UHGV virus genome: UHGV-0070025
Length of the DNA stretch: 20,565 nucleotides
Strand: one strand, 5' to 3'
From: a virus
Positions within the stretch are counted from its first letter, which is position 1, and each line of letters begins with the position of its first letter. Of the stretch, positions 15,271 to 20,565 are shown in pieces. The notes under the pieces were generated by a model. That model saw nothing but the letters and a program-made list of their open reading frames with translations, had not been told where the DNA came from and did no database searches. Made by a program: the position numbers and the translations under genes.

Positions 15271-15611
15271 GGGAGGGCACACTGTATTCCCTGTTGTCTC
15301 AGCTGGCCGGAGGACAGGTTTATCCTTATGTGGTCCCGCTGACGGAGGGAAAGCCTGCGGTATCTCCGCCGTGGCTGGTGTTTTCTGTGGTGTCTGACAC
15401 GGCATCTGATGTGCTTGATGGGCAGGCTGAATCCAGAATTACCGTGCAGATCGATGTCTGGGCGACAGTACCTGATGACGCAGATAATATTCGTGAGCAG
15501 GCGCTTGATGCGGTAAGAAAACTGGCACCCTCCGTTATTTCTAAAACGCAGGGGTATGATCCTGACTCCCGTCTGAGCAGAGCCACGCTTGAATTTCAGG
15601 TAATAGCCTGA
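15267..15611 (+). CDS. tail completion / tail terminator protein (DUF3168-like)
   Basis: 114 aa; ATGA overlap with the previous gene; followed by a terminator. Confidence 0.7.
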   Translation: MREGTLYSLLSQLAGGQVYPYVVPLTEGKPAVSPPWLVFSVVSDTASDVLDGQAESRITVQIDVWATVPDDADNIREQALDAVRKLAPSVISKTQGYDPDSRLSRATLEFQVIA

Positions 15612-15631
15612 GGTCGTTAATGATTTACCCA

Positions 15632-15657
15632 CCCGCCGCTGGCGGGTTTTTTTATTT
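15632..15657 (+). terminator. intrinsic terminator
   Basis: ACCCGCC-gct-GGCGGGT followed by TTTTTTTATTTT; nearly identical stem to the tR'-like terminator at 1788-1812. Confidence 0.7.
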
Positions 15658-15670
15658 TCAGGAGACGAGT

Positions 15671-16375
15671 ATGTCCTCTAATTTTGAGCGTTCGCAACTG
15701 ACGAAAATTATGATTTCGTCTGCACCGGTAACAGCAGAAACCCTGGATTCTGCCAGCTATCTTGGCCTGAGCTGTACAATCAAAGAGGTGCAGTTTACCG
15801 CAGGACAAAAGCAGGATATTGATGTCACCACGCTGTGTTCTGTTGAGCAGGAAAATATTAACGGCCTTGGGGCTGCTTCAGAGATTTCCATGTCAGGCAA
15901 CTTTTATCTGAATGCTGCCCAGAACGCGTTGCGCAGTGCCTATGACAATGACACCACGTATGGCTTTAAAGTTATTTTTCCGTCAGGCAACGGATTTACC
16001 TTTATGGCAGAGGTGCGTCAGCATACCTGGTCTGCAGGAACCAATGGTGTTGTGGCTGCAACGTTTTCCCTGCGTCTGAAAGGTAAACCTGTGCTGACGA
16101 CAGAGCCGCTGAAAGTGAAGGTCGATTTAAAAAGCACGCTGCGGGTTTCTTCCGGAGCGAAACTTGAAATGGCGGTTGAGGCTGCGGGTGGTGTGCCGCC
16201 TTATTCTTATGCCTGGAAAAAAGGTGGTTCTCCTGTTTCCGGACAGACGGCGGCAACGTTCAGTAAGGCATCAGCAGCATCCGGTGATGCCGGTGCGTAT
16301 ACCTGCGAGATTTCTGATTCAGCAAGCCCTGTTAACAAGGTGACCTCCACTTCCTGCACTGTAACCGTCAGTTAA
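15671..16375 (+). CDS. major tail (tube) protein with C-terminal Ig-like domain
   Basis: 234 aa from ATG 15671 with AGGAGA RBS; C-terminal about 80 aa (PPYSYAWKKGGSPVSGQTAATFSKASAASGDAGAYTCEISD) looks like a bacterial Ig-like (Big_2-type) domain, as on lambda gpV. Confidence 0.85.
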   Translation: MSSNFERSQLTKIMISSAPVTAETLDSASYLGLSCTIKEVQFTAGQKQDIDVTTLCSVEQENINGLGAASEISMSGNFYLNAAQNALRSAYDNDTTYGFKVIFPSGNGFTFMAEVRQHTWSAGTNGVVAATFSLRLKGKPVLTTEPLKVKVDLKSTLRVSSGAKLEMAVEAAGGVPPYSYAWKKGGSPVSGQTAATFSKASAASGDAGAYTCEISDSASPVNKVTSTSCTVTVS

Positions 16376-16761
16376 TGAGGATGGATGTGATGACTAAAAA
16401 TATCCGTAATCTGGCACTGGCAACGATGTCGGGGTTTCGCCATAAAACCGTTGATGTGCCTGAATGGGAGGGAGCAACGGTTGTGTTACGGGAACCTTCT
16501 GCAGAAGCCTGGTTGCGCTGGCAGGAGATCGTTAAAGCAAAAGATGATGAGACACCGTTATCCGTTGCGGAGCGCGCCCGCCGAAATCTGGAGGCAGATG
16601 TTGAACTGTTCATTGATGTTCTGTGTGATACCGGACTGCAACCCGTATTTTCAGAGGATGATCGTGAACAGGTGATTGCCGTGTATGGCCCGGTGCATGC
16701 GCGGCTTCTTCGGCAGTCTCTGGAACTGATCAGTGATGCCGGCGAGGTTAAAAAAAAGTAG
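16375..16761 (+). CDS. tail assembly chaperone (gpG-like)
   Basis: Likely true start is ATG 16390 (MTKNIRNL); ends KKK-stop on an A-run slippery site; position before the tape measure gene. Confidence 0.8.
   Translation: MRMDVMTKNIRNLALATMSGFRHKTVDVPEWEGATVVLREPSAEAWLRWQEIVKAKDDETPLSVAERARRNLEADVELFIDVLCDTGLQPVFSEDDREQVIAVYGPVHARLLRQSLELISDAGEVKKK
16752..16758 (+). promoter_or_regulatory. programmed -1 ribosomal frameshift slippery heptamer A_AAA_AAG
   Basis: A AAA AAG in the G frame, 3 nt before the G stop codon; the -1 frame is open from here through 17063. Confidence 0.75.
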
Positions 16762-17063
16762 CGCTTCCGGGGATGCGTTTTCTGATGATGCTGGCGCTCA
16801 GGATGGGGCGCACATTGTCAGAGTTACGCCGGGAAATGTCCGCATCAGAAATCATGATGTGGGCAGAATTTGACAGGTTCAGCCCGCTGGGTGACGAGCG
16901 GGCTGATATCCGGGCTGCCCAGATTGTTTCAGCTGTTTACGGTGCGCAGGGGGTCAAAGTGCCACTGAATGATGCGCTTCTTCAGTGGGAGCAGGAGCAG
17001 ACAGAAGGCGTCTCAGATCCATTTGCCGGACTGGAAAACGCGCTTTTAATAGTGTCTCAGTGA
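16755..17063 (+). CDS. frameshift extension (gpT-like) giving the G-T fusion tail assembly chaperone
   Basis: -1 frame open from the slippery site through the ORF annotated at 16773-17063; conserved G/GT arrangement upstream of the tape measure gene. Confidence 0.75.
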   Translation, partial: KVALPGMRFLMMLALRMGRTLSELRREMSASEIMMWAEFDRFSPLGDERADIRAAQIVSAVYGAQGVKVPLNDALLQWEQEQTEGVSDPFAGLENALLIVSQ

Positions 17064-17072
17064 GTCAACATA

Positions 17073-17094
17073 ACCGCTTCGGCGGTTTTTTTTC
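17073..17094 (+). terminator. intrinsic terminator
   Basis: ACCGC-ttcg-GCGGT followed by T8. Confidence 0.6.
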
Positions 17095-17103
17095 GTCCGG
17101 AGA

Positions 17104-20100
17104 ATGAGTGTGGCGACATTACGTGAACTGATTATTAAAATCTCGGCAAATTCCCGGTCATTCCAGTCAGAGATCTCCCGGGCTTCGCGTATGGGGCAGG
17201 ATTACTACCGTACCATGCAGAACGGAGGCCGACAGTCCGCTGCTGCATCCCGTGAAATGCGGCGTGCACTGGCAGAAGTGACGGATCAGATAAATACAGC
17301 TAAATCTTCGGCACTGAACATGGCGGGGGCATTTGCCGGGGCTTTTGCTACCGGTCATCTTATTTCTCTCGCCGATGAGTGGAATTCAGTAAATGCCCGT
17401 CTGAAGCAGGCCTCACAGTCCAGTGATGATTTTCAGTCATCACAGCGTGAATTAATGGCGATCAGCCAGAGAACGGGGACGGCTTTTTCTGATAACGCCA
17501 GCCTTTTTGCCCGCTCTGCAGCTTCCATGCGGGAGTATGGTTACAGTTCTGAGGAGGTACTGAAAGTCACCGAGGCGATCTCCACGGGCCTGAAATTATC
17601 CGGTGCCAGTACAGCAGAAGCCAGTTCGGTGATCACGCAGTTCAGTCAGGCTCTGGCGCAGGGAGTGCTGCGCGGTGAAGAGTTTAACTCGGTGAATGAG
17701 AACGGCGATCGTGTTATTCGTGCTCTGGCTGCGGGAATGGGAGTTGCCCGTAAGGATCTGAAGGCCATGGCGGATAACGGAAAGTTGACCGCCGATAAGG
17801 TTGTTCCTGCACTGATTAGTCAGCTTGGGGCATTACGTGATGAATATGCGGCAATGCCTGATACGGTTTCATCCTCTGCAACCAAAGTTGAAAACGCCTT
17901 TATGGCCTGGGTTGGTGGTGCGAACGAGGCAAGCGGAGTGACGAAGACGCTCTCCGGTGTGCTGAATGGTATTGCAGGCAATATTGACACCGTGGCAACC
18001 GCTGCCGGTGCTCTGGTTGCCGTCGGGGTAGCCCGATATTTTGGCAATATGGCGTCGTCTGCTGGATCTGCAACTGCCGGATTAATTACTGCAGCCAGAA
18101 ACGAAGTGGCTCTTGCTGAAGTGCAACTTCGGGGGACACAGATAGCAACCGCCAGGGCGCGTGCGGCGGTTTATCGTGCGCAACAGGCGGTTGTTGCTGC
18201 TCGCGGTACCGAAAGGCAGGCCGCAGCAGAAGCGAAGCTGACAGCTGCCCAGGTGTCACTTACCCGTAATATTGCGGCCAGAACAGCGGCACAGACAACG
18301 CTGAATAATGTTACGTCAGTGGGGAGTCGTTTATTAAGTGGCGCGCTGGGGCTGGTTGGTGGTGTGCCGGGACTCGTCATGCTGGGGGCTGCGGCCTGGT
18401 ACACGATGTATCAGAATCAGGAGCAGGCCAGAGAATCTGCACGCCAGTATGCCGCAACAATCGACGAAATTCGCCAGAAAACGTCGGCAATGTCGCTTCC
18501 TGAAGCGTCAGATAATGAGGAAAAGACGCGACAGGCACTGAAGGAGCAAAACAGGTTAATTGACGAGCAGAAAAGTAAGATTAAATCCTTACAGGAAAAA
18601 ATTGCTGGCTATCAGTATGTGCTGGCAAACCCGGGCTGGACAACCGATAACGGTTTTATGATTAACCACATGACGTCGGTAAAAACTGTCACAGAAGGGC
18701 TTGCAGAAGCAACAAATCAACTGGCAGTTGAACAGTCTCGCCTCACTCAAATGCAGGGCAAAGCGCAATCCATTCAGGATGTGCTTGCCGGGCTGGAGGA
18801 GCGACGGGTGGCGTTGATCCGTCAACAGGCAGCGGAACAAAACAAAGCGTATCAGTCCCTGTTGATCATGAATGGGCAGCATACCGAGTTTAATCGCCTT
18901 CTCGGGCTCGGTAATGAATTACTTCAGCAGCGACAGGGGCTGGTGAATGTACCGTTACGGCTACCACAGGCAACCCTGGATGATAAACAGCAGACCGCAC
19001 TGAATAACAGCGAGCGCGAACTGGCTCTGTCCCGCCTGAAGGGGGAAGCTCGTGAGCGTGCCCGCCTGGGTTATGCTGCGGATGATCTCGGCTTTGTGGG
19101 AGAGGCGTATCAGACAGCAAGACTGAATTATATAAATAACTCACTGGATGCATGGCGAAATAACCAGGCAAATAAACCCAAAGCGCATAAAAAGACCGAA
19201 GCGGAAAAAACAGAGGATATTTATAAACGGCTGATTAAACAGCAAAAAGAACAGATAGCACTGGCAGGGCAGAATACTGAACTGGCTAAGATGAAATATC
19301 AGGTCAGTCAGGGCGAATTATCAACCCTGTCAGAAGCGCAGAAAAAAACGCTTTTGCAGAATGCAGCACTTATCGACCAGAAAAAGATTCGTGAGCAGCT
19401 TGCTGCGTATGAGAGCAGTCTGGCGGACAGTAATGCCAGTGTCAGAGCATCAAATGAGGCTCAGTTACTGGGATATGGTGAAGGCTCACGGATGCGTGAA
19501 CGACTTCAGGAAATGTGGAGCATCCGGCAGGAGTTTGAGCAGAAAAATAACGAGCTACTGAGACAGTATCAGGCCGGAGAAATTGAAGAAGCCCTGTGGA
19601 AACAGGAGAAAGAGCTGAATAAAAAATATCTGGAAGAGCGTCTCAGCGATCAGCAGGATTATTATGCAAAGGCTGATGCTTTACGCAGTAACTGGAATGC
19701 CGGGCTCAAAGAGGGGCTGACGAACTGGGCAGACAGTGCCACCGATTATGCTTCGCAGGCGGCAGATGCTGTCGTTTCCACGATGGACGGGCTGGTATCA
19801 AATATTTCCGATGCACTGGCCGGGAATGTTGTGGACTGGAGGAACTGGGGGAGTTCAGTTCTCCGGGAAGTTTCAAAAATTCTGATGAATGCAGCCATTG
19901 TTAACGGACTGAAATCACTCTCCGGTGCCGGAGGGTGGCTTGGTACGGTCGGCGGATGGATTTCGGGGGCAGTGGCAAACGCAAAAGGTGGTGTTTACAC
20001 ATCGGCAAATCTGAGTGCGTACAGCAACAGCATTGTGGACACGCCCACGTACTTTGCGTTTGCAAAAGGGGCCGGGCTGATGGGGGAAGCCGGACCTGAA

Positions 20101-20337
20101 GCCATTATGCCCCTGACCCGGGCGGCGGATGGCTCGCTGGGCGTACGCGCGGTGGGCAGTATGAACGGCAGTGCCGGTCTGGTGCATTCCCCGGTCTACC
20201 ACATCGCCATTCAGAATGACGGGGCTAACGGACAGATAGGGCCGGAGGCGGCAGGCAGTCTTGTGCAGCTGATTGACCAGCGGGTGCAGGCGGTGATGCT
20301 GTCCATGCGACGTGACGGAGGAATGCTGAGTGGCTGA
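17104..20337 (+). CDS. tail tape measure protein
   Basis: 1077 aa; Ala/Gln-rich, long predicted helical stretches; position after G/GT. Confidence 0.92.
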   Translation: MSVATLRELIIKISANSRSFQSEISRASRMGQDYYRTMQNGGRQSAAASREMRRALAEVTDQINTAKSSALNMAGAFAGAFATGHLISLADEWNSVNARLKQASQSSDDFQSSQRELMAISQRTGTAFSDNASLFARSAASMREYGYSSEEVLKVTEAISTGLKLSGASTAEASSVITQFSQALAQGVLRGEEFNSVNENGDRVIRALAAGMGVARKDLKAMADNGKLTADKVVPALISQLGALRDEYAAMPDTVSSSATKVENAFMAWVGGANEASGVTKTLSGVLNGIAGNIDTVATAAGALVAVGVARYFGNMASSAGSATAGLITAARNEVALAEVQLRGTQIATARARAAVYRAQQAVVAARGTERQAAAEAKLTAAQVSLTRNIAARTAAQTTLNNVTSVGSRLLSGALGLVGGVPGLVMLGAAAWYTMYQNQEQARESARQYAATIDEIRQKTSAMSLPEASDNEEKTRQALKEQNRLIDEQKSKIKSLQEKIAGYQYVLANPGWTTDNGFMINHMTSVKTVTEGLAEATNQLAVEQSRLTQMQGKAQSIQDVLAGLEERRVALIRQQAAEQNKAYQSLLIMNGQHTEFNRLLGLGNELLQQRQGLVNVPLRLPQATLDDKQQTALNNSERELALSRLKGEARERARLGYAADDLGFVGEAYQTARLNYINNSLDAWRNNQANKPKAHKKTEAEKTEDIYKRLIKQQKEQIALAGQNTELAKMKYQVSQGELSTLSEAQKKTLLQNAALIDQKKIREQLAAYESSLADSNASVRASNEAQLLGYGEGSRMRERLQEMWSIRQEFEQKNNELLRQYQAGEIEEALWKQEKELNKKYLEERLSDQQDYYAKADALRSNWNAGLKEGLTNWADSATDYASQAADAVVSTMDGLVSNISDALAGNVVDWRNWGSSVLREVSKILMNAAIVNGLKSLSGAGGWLGTVGGWISGAVANAKGGVYTSANLSAYSNSIVDTPTYFAFAKGAGLMGEAGPEAIMPLTRAADGSLGVRAVGSMNGSAGLVHSPVYHIAIQNDGANGQIGPEAAGSLVQLIDQRVQAVMLSMRRDGGMLSG

Positions 20338-20565
20338 GATAAAAACGCTGCATCTGGTCCCGCGTGAAGGGATGCAGGTGAGTGAGAAACCGTCGGTGGT
20401 GAGGGTTCGGTTTGGTGACGGTTATGAACAGCGCCGCCCCACAGGACTGAATCCTCAACTGAAGACGTTTCAGGCGGTGTTCCGGGTGACGGATGAGTCA
20501 ACCCGGCGCTGGCTGGATGAATTTTTATCCTGGCATGGTGGTTACCGTGCCTTTTTGTGGCGACC
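20330..20565 (+). CDS. M: minor tail protein M (lambda gpM-like), 3'-truncated by the window end
   Basis: GTG start overlapping the tape-measure stop; translation KTLHLVPREGMQVSEKPSVVRVRFGDGYEQRRPTGLNPQLKTF...FLSWHGGYRAFLW parallels lambda M (KVKPGMDVASVPSVRKVRFGDGYSQRAP...KTY...HGGWKSFLW) as recalled. Confidence 0.8.
   Translation, partial: MAEIKTLHLVPREGMQVSEKPSVVRVRFGDGYEQRRPTGLNPQLKTFQAVFRVTDESTRRWLDEFLSWHGGYRAFLWR

Noticed and set aside
17167-20501. Multiple short ORFs on both strands inside the tape measure gene and the gpM start
   Set aside because: All lie within or antisense to the 1077-aa tape-measure frame or the gpM frame and have low-complexity translations.

Overview
This window reads as the late-operon and morphogenesis region of an enterobacterial lambdoid prophage or phage, all on the + strand except for two minus-strand accessory genes. 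Left to right: a 5'-truncated nin-region Cys/His protein, the Holliday-junction resolvase RusA, a Q-type antiterminator, a pR'-like late promoter with a short tR'-like terminator, a small HTH ORF, an interrupted beta-class DNA methyltransferase, three tRNAs (anticodons CAT, TCG, TCT), two tandem structured non-coding units, a small DUF1737-like ORF, a phage-21-type lysis cassette (dual-start pinholin, SAR endolysin, Rz/Rz1) split by a convergent two-gene insert, a second accessory locus with a minus-strand gene, then HNH endonuclease, small and large terminase, HK97-type portal, prohead protease and major capsid, head-tail adaptors, major tail protein with Ig-like C-terminus, G/GT chaperones with a programmed -1 frameshift site, tape measure protein and the start of tail protein M. 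The stretches least explained by standard phage biology are: (1) the tandem promoter/terminator-bounded RNA-like units at the position where Stx phages carry stxAB; (2) the convergent gene pair inside the lysis cassette; (3) the interrupted methyltransferase with a GC hairpin at the break; (4) the minus-strand accessory gene between Rz and HNH. All family assignments come from reading the translations and from memory; no database search was run.
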